A stretch of 64,000 bases of DNA, taken from Flectonema sp. DT1601 (taxonomy: Eukaryota). The notes under the pieces are model-generated. The model saw only the letters and a list, made by a program, of their open reading frames with translations. It ran no database searches and was not told where the DNA came from. Positions 35,899 to 46,758 of the stretch are shown in pieces. The stretch is taken from the NCBI GenBank assembly GCA_964019425.1, contig OZ025780.1, positions 1,240,001 to 1,304,000 of the forward strand, given 5' to 3'. Positions within the stretch are counted from its first letter, which is position 1; every line of letters starts with the position of its first letter. Made by a program: the position numbers and the translations under genes.

Positions 35899-36693
35899 TT
35901 ATTTCCTAGCAGCAGTCGCTACAGCAGCAGTAACAAGAGTTTGCTGAGAATTCGTTGCTAATGCGAGTGCTAAGAATGGTGATGGGACCAACAAAGATGA
36001 GATTGCTGTTTGGATTGGTAGTTCTAGTTGCTGATCAGTAAGCTGTTTTTGATTATCTAAGATACAATTAGGTAACAGTGACGCCATCATTCGAAATGTC
36101 TGATAGTCGTTGTGATCATCTCCGCTTTCAGCACATTGTAAGACAAGTTTTAATGAGTTGTCAGAATACATCAGGAGAACTATTCCAGTTTGGAAATCTT
36201 CTAATAAATTACCAAGCTTATTCAAATAGTCATTCTGAATACTTTCTCGATAATTATATTCAACTTGTGTTGAAGATTCAGCCAATCCTCTAACAGAGAG
36301 AAAATCTCTCTTTTGTTGTTCGTCAAAAATGATATCACTTCGAGAGGTTTGTTCATGTGAGTTACACGACTGCAATGATATATTTAATTGTAGTTTTAAT
36401 ATAAATGGATCACTTCGTTTCCATATTCGTTCGAAAATTCCTCTTTGGTGGACTTCTTCACGTTCAATCAGTCCTCGACCTTTTATTTCCGCTATAATCC
36501 ATTTCCAACACATCCATAGAATTCGTCTGTTATCTTTTTTATTTAATTCCTCTGCCATGGGTCCTTCTTTAACTCCATCCAACGCTGGGAGGAGTTTTCT
36601 TATATTTACAGTATTTAGTTTGGTATCCCTTTCTATTTTCTGGTTCAGCTTTCGTGATCCGGGTGTGTGTAGTCTCTCTAGGCGAACACTCAT
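35899..36693 (-). CDS. Hypothetical protein (264 aa)
   Basis: ATG-started ORF of normal composition in a tightly packed co-oriented cluster; no motif recognised. Confidence 0.65.
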   Translation of the reverse strand: MSVRLERLHTPGSRKLNQKIERDTKLNTVNIRKLLPALDGVKEGPMAEELNKKDNRRILWMCWKWIIAEIKGRGLIEREEVHQRGIFERIWKRSDPFILKLQLNISLQSCNSHEQTSRSDIIFDEQQKRDFLSVRGLAESSTQVEYNYRESIQNDYLNKLGNLLEDFQTGIVLLMYSDNSLKLVLQCAESGDDHNDYQTFRMMASLLPNCILDNQKQLTDQQLELPIQTAISSLLVPSPFLALALATNSQQTLVTAAVATAARK

Positions 36694-36976
36694 CTTGTTT
36701 GGTTGATGAACAACTGTGTTGGATTAATACGACTAGTAGGAGTTAAATAAAAAATACTTTTTATTCATCATCTGGTGTACATTATAATGAGTTGTTGTGC
36801 CTGTTTAAGGAAATTTCTTTTTAAAAAAAAAGAAAGAAAACTTTTTTTTGTTTTTTGTTATCAAAAATTAGCCGACTAAAGTGCGCGATGTGCAGTCGTA
36901 GCATGATGTCACAAAAAAAAAAAAAAAAACAAGCCTACTATTGTGAGACTTTAATAAAACAGCGTCAAGTATTATT

Positions 36977-38395
36977 TTAGTCGCAGAAATCTTCTTGTTG
37001 CTCTTCGTCGATTTCTTCTTCTTGTTGCTGCTGCTGAGGCTTTCCAAACGCTGTAGAATTATTGCTTGTTCTAGGGTTTGGTGGAACCCAATCTGCATCA
37101 ATAACACCATCTGTCAACGCTCTGTAAACAGGTGAAAGCTTCCTACGAGGATAAAGCAATTCTAAAGCTTTAACTAGAGGTATCCCTAGTGCGGTAGCGT
37201 ATGTAATAACAAACGTCGGATTAAAGATATTAATGCCGAGACCGGAAGCACGATCGACAAGTCGATTAGCTTTCTTATGATGACCAACAACTCCGTAAAG
37301 AGAGATCATTGAGACCCAAGGGCGCATAAAATTATCGAGACCTGACATGTGAAGTTCATTAAAAATATTTTCAGCTCGTTTAACCCATACATTTGTATCT
37401 GTAGTGGTTGACGTAGAGCCTACTATCTTACGTTCGCAGAGTTTTATTATTTCATTCGCCGGTACTGTCGACAATTGCGGCAACTCTCTGTATCTGTCTA
37501 TCGCATTTTCATATTCTCCGATTCGTGACTTCATCATTACGATCATCCTTCTTATCTTTAAAGATGTCACATGTCGTTTCTGCCACATTCCTATCACGTT
37601 ATTAAAACCTTTAGCATTATTTTGTGACAGACAGACTCGTAGTAAGGCAATGATATATTTCTGAAATCTAGTTTTTACATCTAATTGTTGATACGATGGA
37701 TGGATTGAAGGAATGTAGAAATCATTTCCTCTGTAATAACATTTCACAAACGTATGAGCCAATTGAACTTTTGGAAATAATTGAATACAAGAAGCAATAG
37801 CTGCTAAATTAGAGTTTATATCAGAAGGGAAACATTCTTGGTACACCCACTCCCATAAGTGTCTTGGGTTTATTGTATTTTGAAGTCGGAATTCAGATAG
37901 AATTTTATTAACAGAAGTGTATGTCGCATGTGACATTTCATGAAGTCCTTTGTCGTAGTTTTCTCGAACACAACTCACTACTAGTTTCACATCATGGATA
38001 TAATCTATTGGTGACGTTGTAGAAGAATTTATTCTTTCAATTAGCAAGCCTGGTAAGATCTTAACATACGCCGTCTCAATCGGAGTTTCCCTAGCTAACC
38101 TAAGGGCCCCCTGAATATCTCCAGACCTTGCAAGTAGCTCTATAATTGTTGTTTTAGTACGCCAATCAAACCTGTATCCCATACTCTTTAAATTTCTAAC
38201 GCCTCCCATGAGCATATTTATTCTGTTTTCTAATTTTTGATCTTCAAAGTATCCCATTTGATGAGCTCTCTTCAGTGTTAAACTAGCTTGTGTGTCTCCA
38301 CAATGAGTCGATAGCTTATCCCAGTGCTCAAGTCCAACCTTCTTAGAAGAGTGCGACATTATCACAGGCCCGCTTTTTATCGAACGTGAAGCCAT
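36977..38395 (-). CDS. Helical-repeat (PPR-like) protein, possibly mitochondrial
   Basis: Long ORF with PPR-like segments (TKTTIIELLARSGDIQGALRL; WVSMISLYGVVGHHKKANRLV); start uncertain. Confidence 0.65.
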   Translation of the reverse strand: MASRSIKSGPVIMSHSSKKVGLEHWDKLSTHCGDTQASLTLKRAHQMGYFEDQKLENRINMLMGGVRNLKSMGYRFDWRTKTTIIELLARSGDIQGALRLARETPIETAYVKILPGLLIERINSSTTSPIDYIHDVKLVVSCVRENYDKGLHEMSHATYTSVNKILSEFRLQNTINPRHLWEWVYQECFPSDINSNLAAIASCIQLFPKVQLAHTFVKCYYRGNDFYIPSIHPSYQQLDVKTRFQKYIIALLRVCLSQNNAKGFNNVIGMWQKRHVTSLKIRRMIVMMKSRIGEYENAIDRYRELPQLSTVPANEIIKLCERKIVGSTSTTTDTNVWVKRAENIFNELHMSGLDNFMRPWVSMISLYGVVGHHKKANRLVDRASGLGINIFNPTFVITYATALGIPLVKALELLYPRRKLSPVYRALTDGVIDADWVPPNPRTSNNSTAFGKPQQQQQEEEIDEEQQEDFCD

Positions 38396-38765
38396 TTTTA
38401 ATGGCGGGAAATCACGATGGATGCACACCCGCAAACTTGCACATCGATATTGATTCTACTCTGTGGAGAGGTTTATAAATTAATTGTATTGAAGCTTTCA
38501 CAGCGGGTTGAGCACAAACAAAATTAAAGCTACACATTTTAGAAGAACGAAAAATAACAAGAAAACTCGCAAATTGAAAGAAAGCAAAATAAGAAATTAA
38601 CAAAACAAAACTTAAAGATTAATTGCTACTCCTCAAAGAGAGCTCAATTATTTACAGGCAGCTGAACAGATTCAAGTGCATCGCAATTATCAAGGAAGTT
38701 ATCTCCTATTTTAATCATACTACTAAGATCAGAAAGGTCAAGAGAAGTGATTTGTGAACAGTTAA

Positions 38766-39446
38766 AAAATTAACCAGTGTTCAGGGGTTTGAATCCCATG
38801 GATCCCGTCGCTCAGGCGGTCCTGTGGAGAAACGGGTAGGGCACTGTGAACGAGTTGGCGTCGGAAGGCCACCGCACCAACAGATTTGTTTCTTCGCACA
38901 ACAGTAGCTTGGAGACCGTAAGAGACCCAAGGTGGTTCACAACCGCTCGAACAACCGCGTGTGAAGGAACAAGATTGAAAAGAAAAGAATATAAGAAAAG
39001 AAATGCCACACACAAAAAACAACGTAGTAAAGCAGAGAGGTAGGGGGAGGGATGGCCTCTTTCTCCACACATTGCATGGGAGCTTCCCGAGTAACTCGCG
39101 GGGCTGATACTGTTAATACATTTCAGGCGACCTGAACTTATAATCCCCCCATGCGTGAAAAGACTAAACGGGGGAAGTTTGAAGGAAATGGGGGTAAAGG
39201 GAAATCATGCCACTAAGGAAAAAATAAAAACCCGGTGGCCCCTGTGAGCTCTGGGTGCCTGAGTATCCCGGGCCGGATCACCTGACCTTCTGCTATGTTG
39301 TCCTTTTTTTTTTAAAGGTTAGGCTACCGGAAAATAAAACGCGGGTAAAAGAATACACAGCAACAACAATACGTCAGCACTCTAGTTACACACAAGGTGC
39401 ATCCAGGCAACACCACGAGGAGGCGCGCTATCCGAGTTTCGTTACC
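38766..39446 (-). mobile_element. Ribozyme-headed short non-coding retroposon-like element, copy 1
   Basis: ~680 bp flanked by the direct repeat gaagtgatttgtgaacagttaa (38744-38765 and 39447-39468); highly similar to 39993-40685. Confidence 0.85.
39376..39446 (-). ncRNA. HDV-like ribozyme, copy 1 (first G replaced by host C)
   Basis: GGUAAC..AGCGC GCC UCCUCGU GGU GUUGCCU GG AUGCAC..GUGUA A CUAGA GUGCU. Confidence 0.75.
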
Positions 39447-39992
39447 GAAGTGATTTGTGAACAGTTAAACAAGAACTTACCTCCAATTGTGGTGACACTA
39501 CTAAGACCAGAAAGATCAGTAGAAGTGATTTGTGAACAGTTGTACAAGAAATCGTCTCCAATAGTGGTGACACTACTAAGACCTGAAAGCTCAAGAGAAG
39601 TGATTTGTGAACACTCAGACAAGAAATAATTTCCAATAGTGGTGACACTACTAAGATCAGAAAGATCAGTAGAAGTGATTTGTGAACAGTTGTACAAGAA
39701 ATCGTCTCCAATAGTGGTGACACTACTAAGACCTGAAAGCTCAAGAGAAGTGATTTGTGAACACTCAGACAAGAAATAATTTCCAATAGTGGTGACACTA
39801 CTAAGACCTGAAAGCTCAAGAGAAGTGATTTGTAAACAGTTAAACAAGAACTTACCTCCAATTGTGGAGACACTACTAAGACCTGAAAGGTCAAGAGAAG
39901 TGATTTGTGAACAGTTAAACAAGAAATAATTTCCAATAGTGGAGACACTACTAAGACCTGAAAGGTCAAGAGAAGTGATTTGTGAACACTCA
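39447..39992 (-). repeat. 75-bp LRR-coding tandem repeat, ~7 units
   Basis: gaagtgatttgt(g/a)aaca...acactactaaga recurs every 75 nt. Confidence 0.95.
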
Positions 39993-40685
39993 AAAATTAA
40001 CCAGTGTTTAGGGGTTTGAATCCCATGGATCCCGTCGCTCAGGCGGTCCGGTGGAGAACCGGGTAGGGCACTGTGAACGAGTTGCGGTCCAGGTGGCGTC
40101 GGAAGGCCACCGCACCAACAGATTTGTTTCTTCGCACAACAGTAGCTTGGAGACCGTAAGAGACCCAAGGTGGTTCACAACCGCTCGAACAACTGCGTGT
40201 GAAGGAACAAGATTGAAAAGAAAAGAATATAAGAAAAGAAATGCCACACACAAAAAACGACGTAGTAAAGCAGAGAGGTAGGGGGAGGGATGGCCTCTTT
40301 CTCCACACATTGCATGGGAGCTCCCCGAGTAACTCGCGGGGCTGATACTGTTAATACATTTCAGGCGACCTGAACTTATAATCCCCCCATGCGTGAAAAG
40401 ACTAAACGGGGGAAGTTTGAAGGAAATGGGGGTAAAGGGAAATCATGCCACTAAGGAAAAAATAAAAACCCGGTGGCCCCTGTGAGCTCTGGGTGCCTGA
40501 GTATCCCGGGCCGGATCACCTGACCTTCTGCTATGTTGTCCTTTTTTTTTTTTAAAGGTTAGGCTACCGGAAAATAAAACGGGTAAAAGAATACACAGCA
40601 ACAACAATACGTCAGCACTCTAGTTACACACAAGGTGCATCCAGGTAACACCACGAGGAGGCGCGCTATCCGAGTTTCGTTACCC
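39993..40685 (-). mobile_element. Ribozyme-headed short non-coding retroposon-like element, copy 2
   Basis: ~690 bp at the same LRR position; both flanks share aagtgatttgtgaaca; differs from copy 1 by SNPs and small indels. Confidence 0.85.
40614..40685 (-). ncRNA. HDV-like self-cleaving ribozyme, copy 2
   Basis: P1 GGGUAAC/GUUACCU (G1-U wobble), P2 AGCGC/GUGCU, P3 GCC/GGU, L3 UCCUCGU, P1.1 GG, P4 UGCAC/GUGUA, J4/2 CUAGA. Confidence 0.82.
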
Positions 40686-41689
40686 AAGTGATTTGTGAAC
40701 AGTTAAACAAGAAACTGTCTCCAATAGTGGTGACACTACTAAGACCTGAAAAGTCAAGAGAAGTAATTTGTGAACAGGAAAACAAGAATTTATCTCCAAT
40801 AGTTGCAACTTGTGAGATGGCTGAGATATCGGAATTTGAATTGCTGAATGAAATCCGTTCGGCATCAGAAGGAAGCAAATCGCCCTCAATACTGAGGCAA
40901 CCATCCTCTGTGAATGTTGTGGTATCAAGGTATAAGTATTCCTCATTGTGTTCTCTTAGCCAACTAAGCAGCTTCTTCCGTTTTGAATCATCAACAAACC
41001 AGCATTTACTGAATATACGAAACCGCTTCTTCCACATCTCCAACTCGCTGTCTCCACCCACTCCACGATCTGCTAGTCGCTCACTTTGGCAAAGCGTGTC
41101 ACCAGCGAACGAGAGTTCAACTTCCTCCGGATCCACATCCCACTCCCCAGCAGCCGCCGTCACTACTTCGCTCACAAGGGAATCAACACCAGCCGTGACT
41201 GACACTGCGGGGAATCCCAAATCCGGACACGTCACAAAAACCTGCATTGTTGTTTTGAGTGGTTTCCTGAAGGACAAGAAGGTGTTATTCACAAGTGTTG
41301 AAACGGCTGCAAAAAGTAGAAATGTTTCAACGTCAAGCGGGCGGAAACAATTATAAATACAATCCCTGCATTGCCTAATAGTCTGGGTATCGAATACTAC
41401 AAGGACGCTCCGATTCTTACAAAGAAAGCAATATTGACTAAATAAAGTGATGTTCTAATAACAAAGTGATCGAGAAGAGTTGTTGTTGCAATCAACTACA
41501 AGGCTGCCATTATAAGAAGGTATCTTTAGAAATGAGGGTGATAGTTTGGTCATTATTACGGGTAGTAATTATTTACAGCACGCTTGGCCATAAAACATGG
41601 TCCATCCTGTACAGTGATACTTTACTGTTGTTTTTATATTAATAATGACCGAAAAATAAATAAAGATCGGGAATAAATAAAAATATCGA

Positions 41690-43057
41690 TCTTAAAATCC
41701 CCAGAATCGAGGTTTGACGAGCTTCTTTGAACACACTGTTAATACATTCACTCGTATTGGAAGTGAATGTATCATATCGAGGTGTGCTAGGCGGCCAGTA
41801 AGCCTCACACCTTCGCAAACCTGTGTCTTCTATGTAGGCTGCCGCGTCCACTCCGTACTGCTCGGCAATTTCTTCGAGCTTCCGCGTGATCGAGTCTTTG
41901 CAACCGTACTTTGCAATAGACCAAATGAGACTTGACGAGCCTTTTTTGGGAATCGCAGTGTCACTACACACGTTGTCCACCAGATGTTTCACGAACATCC
42001 CGTGATGAGACAAAAAGGTCTGGAGGGTGTTATCGGACTCGAGTCCTTTTTGCCTATCCGAGACAAGCGTGAAGTCTGTCAGGCACTCATCAAAATAAGT
42101 GCATATGTGTCCGTCATGGTACCGCCACCCATCAAGATCCTCAGCAATCCCGATACTAAACGCCAGGGGTATGATCTGGTTGTTTCCATCTACCACCGAC
42201 GTGGTATACAAGACACGTCCCCAAAGTCCCCCGTGAGGGAACAAGCGTCCGATGATAAAATCGGGACTACGTCTAAAAGCATTTCTGGCGGAAAAAACGA
42301 CCAGAAGCACCTTAAAAACGACCATCTGGCCGATTTTCCACGTCCCATGTCATGTCGGAGTTAACCGACTCCAACTCTCTGAACAGCGGCCTTACACCTT
42401 CTCTAGGTCACCGAAAACCATCTTCCTAGATCTAGGCCTCTCTCCACCGTGCGGGCTGTTATCTCTGCCTCTCGAAAAGTTGATCTATCCGAGCTTGCTT
42501 CGGAGCATAATTCGCACAACTGGCGACCTTGCCTTTTAGCTTTAGCGCAATCCACTCTGCTAATCCGTCGGATCCTCGATGCTCCTCAGGTGCGCAGCTG
42601 TGCTCAATCATTTTGGTGATACGAAACTCACCCTCAATCAAGCTGGATCTCAGCTTCCACTTACATTTCCGCTGCACAATCGAGACTTATCCGCGTCTTG
42701 TCTTTCCTAGTTGTAGAAATGTCCTCGAGGTTCTATACGAGTTTTCGAACGCCCTCAACGTCAGTTCTGTCGGTTTGGTTCATAGTTGGTACGAAGTAGT
42801 GGCTGGTAGATAGAAGTGAAACCGCAGAACAATCGGAACATTGGATTTTTAGATACTTTTTTTTTTCCAGAAAAAAGAAATTTTTGGTTCCCAAAAAAAA
42901 AAGAAATTCGTAAAAAAAAAGAAAAAAGTGTGGAGCTGGCGGTTTTGAAACTTTTTGTGTGGAGCTGGCGGTTTATGAAAGTTTCGTGTTTTTGTTGCAA
43001 ACTTTGTGTTGAAATCCGAAATTTTGAAAAACTTTGTGCGGAATTAGAGGTTGTCCC
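41690..43057 (-). mobile_element. Truncated Mutator (MULE) transposon with frameshifted transposase
   Basis: CKWKLRSS..FRI..EHSC zinc finger; VDGNNQIIPLAF..E..DGW, LVSDRQKGL, KHLVDN and TSNTSECINSVFK..R motifs; terminus gggacaacctctaattcc at 43057 with subterminal gtggagctggcggttt repeats. Confidence 0.85.
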
Positions 43058-44267
43058 AAAATAAAAATAAAATCGGGCATGTAACTTGTCCATTTTGTTG
43101 AATCGGGAATTCCAACAAAAAAAAAAAGACTGTCGTCCTCGTTCCTCGGGCTTTCCCTGTCACTGTATGTCGAGACAACGACATAGAGACCATTTGTATT
43201 ATAAAGTTGACTACGGACCCATGTTTTGTAAAGTCACGATTTCCTGTAAGTGAAAACAAAAGTTGAGGAAAATAGCAGAAAATGTTAACAAATGAGAACT
43301 GCCTCGAGAGACCCATAAATAAGTCAACGAGTTGACCGAACCAAGCAAATGACGTGTCTTAAACAATCAGCTCTCACCTAACGAACAAGTTGAGGGGTTG
43401 TTAACTGAAGAAAATGAGAATGAGATCTATTTCCCTGTTTTCAATACATCACATGCAATAATCCCTTACAATGATAAGGATACTACATTGAGTGAATACA
43501 GAACCAAATGCAACAGGATAGTACAACCAAGTCTTAGCAGCTAAACGCTGTCTTTAATTTTGCAAAAAAAACTGACAGCAATATGCAGCCGGTTTATTTC
43601 TACAACTAAAAATACCAAACAATCACCTTAAGGATCTCGTTACATACTTCGCTTATGTCGGGAAGCTAAGAAGAAAGCTGCATTACCAAGACTTGAACTT
43701 GACCACCGTTTTTATCAGGACAGAACGCCCTGATAAAGGCAGCCAAATAGGAGTCACAACGTTAGGCGATGATTCGATTGAACTATAGAAAAATCGAGCA
43801 AGTACATTGTTTGAAGAAGTTAGTTATGTACTCACGAAACTAGACAGTGTAAGTTGGTATTATAATTTCCCCCCATAGATCAGTAAAACCTTCCTTATTT
43901 GCAAGGTCAGGTCGAGAGCAAGAGAAAGACAGGTTCATTCGGCGAATGAACATAAAAAAGAATATTATAAGTTTACGAATATAGACAACAGAAATGAAAC
44001 AAAACAAAAATATCACTCGGTTGAAACCACCCGACGAGATGGTAAGTAATCAGGTTGGAGACTGTAACGCTGCCAGCTAGTTTGTAGCAAACGATTTTCG
44101 CTGAATATCTCAATCAGAAACTAAAGACACAACAAATACGTTTAGAAACTTTGACGCGCAGATTGCGACATCATTTCTGTTTAAAAAAAAAAAACCAAAA
44201 AAAAAAAAAAAAAAAAAGTCGGTAATAAAGACGGAATTGTGGAAACTAAACAAACAAAAAACAAAAA

Positions 44268-44927
44268 TTAATTCAACATGTGCTCTGTTTCGGTTTCTGT
44301 TTCACTGCCAGAGTCGCTTTCTTGAACTCCTGCAGCGTCATTTTCAGGGTCCGCAGCTTCTTCCCGAATATGCTTGTAGAAATCATCATCAACAACAACT
44401 CCACTAACACGCGGAATACCAGTACCATAGGCTGGAGCATCACCAATAACAATCCCAATGGGAGGCTGGTTGGATTGCCTTCGTCGACAGATACTAAGTA
44501 TTGAATAAATAAATAAAAATAAGAACACAATAACTGCAATACCCGCAAGGTACAGCAGAATATTAGCCTGGGGAGGATCAACCTGATTGAAGGAAACAAT
44601 AGCCGTGATCGTTGACTGTCCTTTATTAAATATTATAGTCGGAATCTCGATTGCAAAATTCTGATCTACATTCATGTGACAAGAGCGAGAATATAGTCCC
44701 CACGTAGTGCAAGAAAACCAAACATCGCCTAACGTTATCGTAAAGGTTTGCGGTTCAGGATGAAGGGCCGTAGATGAGACCCATATTTTTATATTATCAC
44801 CGTACCCTTTGAATCCAGGGCTTAGAATTACTCCCTCTCCCGATGTTAGAGGTTTAGTTACGATTTCATCGCCTGTGCAGCTCAATACTAATAATAGCAC
44901 AGTCATCATCCTACAACAGTTATTCAT
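44268..44927 (-). CDS. Single-pass membrane protein (219 aa)
   Basis: Signal-like N-terminus; TM ILLYLAGIAVIVFLFLFIYSIL followed by RRR; acidic tail. Confidence 0.75.
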   Translation of the reverse strand: MNNCCRMMTVLLLVLSCTGDEIVTKPLTSGEGVILSPGFKGYGDNIKIWVSSTALHPEPQTFTITLGDVWFSCTTWGLYSRSCHMNVDQNFAIEIPTIIFNKGQSTITAIVSFNQVDPPQANILLYLAGIAVIVFLFLFIYSILSICRRRQSNQPPIGIVIGDAPAYGTGIPRVSGVVVDDDFYKHIREEAADPENDAAGVQESDSGSETETETEHMLN

Positions 44928-45610
44928 TTCTTATTGTTTCGTATTGCTGTTAAAAGTATGATTATAGTCACGATGACTGTCGTGTTGTACGTTCTACTAA
45001 CCTCTCATCCAGAGCATTACTTTTAACTGCTAAGGTTGCTGTTAGATCTTAGCATATGCTGCAACACGGCAGTAAATTGTCTCTCTTCAAATTCTGAGAA
45101 AACACTTTTTTTTCTTCTTATTTTCATTTTTTTTTTTTTTTTTTTTCTTTTCATACTTCCGAGAGCTCCTCTCCCGTTTCACCGCTGGGAGCTCCATAAA
45201 CGTTAAAAGGAGTCAACGTTGAAAGGGAGTGAACTTCTGAATGTTTCTTTCTTTGTTGAACACACTAATGCGCTCGGCATAACCATTTTAACATAAGACT
45301 GCACCCGGACACCCTCCTTGGAGCTGCTATTTCTCAAAGGTGTAATCATAAATTATGTAGAGAGTGTTAGTACCCCTCAGTCAAATCACAAAAAGGATTG
45401 AAAAGACTGAATTGAGTAGTGAAATTATTTCCTCGGGAGTTGCAAAAGAATTCAGAATAATAACAACAAACATAATAATTACTCTCTTCTCCCTCTTCTC
45501 CGGAAACTCTTGGCGATCAAGTGGATGTTAATTCTTCCGAAGGAAAATAAAGAAAACATCAACACAACTATTCGTGAACAAAACACCACTTTCCGATACA
45601 ATGTTACCCC

Positions 45611-46520
45611 CTAGACAAGCTTCTTCTTAACGAAGAGCTTCTTCAACTGGTACGTCTGTAGTGTTGGAACTATGAAGCAAACAATAACCTGTTGTTTGTA
45701 TTAATTAGTTTGAAAGTTATTTTTATTTAAATAAAACGATTCAACCTCAAAATAGCAGTAGTGGGGTACATACCTGAGAAATAGACAAGAAGAATAGAAT
45801 GTTGGCAGTTTCATCAGAGGTTTCTTTAAACTTGTGCTGTCTGTCAACAATGTTTGAAGATTCTTCAGATATTTGAACCATCATAGCATGTAATGCTTTC
45901 ATGTAGTTAACGTATGCTTCAATTTCTTGTTTGGTAGTAGCAACTTCTCCGTCAGTGGCTTTGACGTCTCTGATTTTGAGTTGAAGTTGTTCAGCGTTCA
46001 ACTCCCATACAGATTGTTTTGTTGCTCTATTGTGGAAATACTTTCTTCCTGTAGCTGGATCAGTGTGTTCTTCCCACTTTTGAGTTCCAGTCTGATGATA
46101 CTCAATATCAATGTCTAATCTTGTTGACCTCGCAGCTTTACTTAAAAAGCAGAAGCTATGTGGACCACTAACTCCCTGTGTTGTTACCTGAAACACACCC
46201 TTCTCAGTTCTAATTTTATCTGAAAAGATTGTTACACCCCGAGGTGTGATCACCTCGATGTTGATTGGGTCGTCCTTCACCGCTGTGCCTGCCTGTTTTT
46301 TTATTATATTTAAAAAGTTGTTTTCATTTTGAACATGAGACACAAACAAAGTGAATAGTTTACATACCTGAAATGACATCTGGACAAGTGTTCTCTCGGT
46401 AGTAAGCTCTTCAATATAACAGGTGTAATGCCCTGGCTGTACGAAGAAGTGGAAAGCGGCGCTCTCCTGCACCAGTACTGCGACGAGTACGAAGGCAACA
46501 AGTGCCCTAAGCGTGGTCAT
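45611..46520 (-). CDS. p24/emp24 (GOLD) cargo receptor with an inserted WW domain (3 exons, ~249 aa)
   Basis: Exons 46520-46368, 46292-45774 and 45688-45611; signal peptide, CYIEE...GPHSFCF GOLD motifs, RQHKFKETSDET, C-terminal QLKKLFVKKKLV; WW-like WEEHTDPATGRKYFHNRATKQSVW. Confidence 0.88.
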
Positions 46521-46758
46521 CGTTGGTGTGATACCTGACGGGGAAGAGAATCCTATACGTAGCTGTACAATAGAAAAGACTAAACGTAAGAAGACTCACA
46601 AACACAATACGAATAATTATCCTGTTATCGTAGAAGAAGGTAATCTTGAAAAAAAAAATCAATTCAACAATTTTGATTATTTGGAAACGATAGAGTGTTA
46701 CCGCAGTGAGTAACCTTTTGTTTGCTAAACAGGTACCAAGTTGCGCTGCAAGGGAAGC

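Larger units (their letters stand above)
38644..41247 (-). pseudogene. Ubiquitin-like + BspA-type LRR gene interrupted by two insertions
   Basis: N-terminus MQVFVTCPD...VELSFAGDTL..SERLADRGV (Ubl-like); 25-aa LRR ITSLDLSGLSSVTTIGDxFLxxCSQ; the terminal piece ...DNFLDNCDALESVQLPVNN* ends at 38644. Confidence 0.8.

Noticed and set aside
38785..38797. tRNA gene suggested by B-box-like gggtttgaatccc
   Set aside because: No cloverleaf or A box; it is only a motif near the element's 3' end.
38766..39446. The insertion as a spliceosomal intron (introner), since it starts GGTAAC
   Set aside because: No AG at the 3' boundary, it is flanked by a long duplication, and the 5' end is better explained as ribozyme P1; non-canonical splicing cannot be excluded without cDNA.
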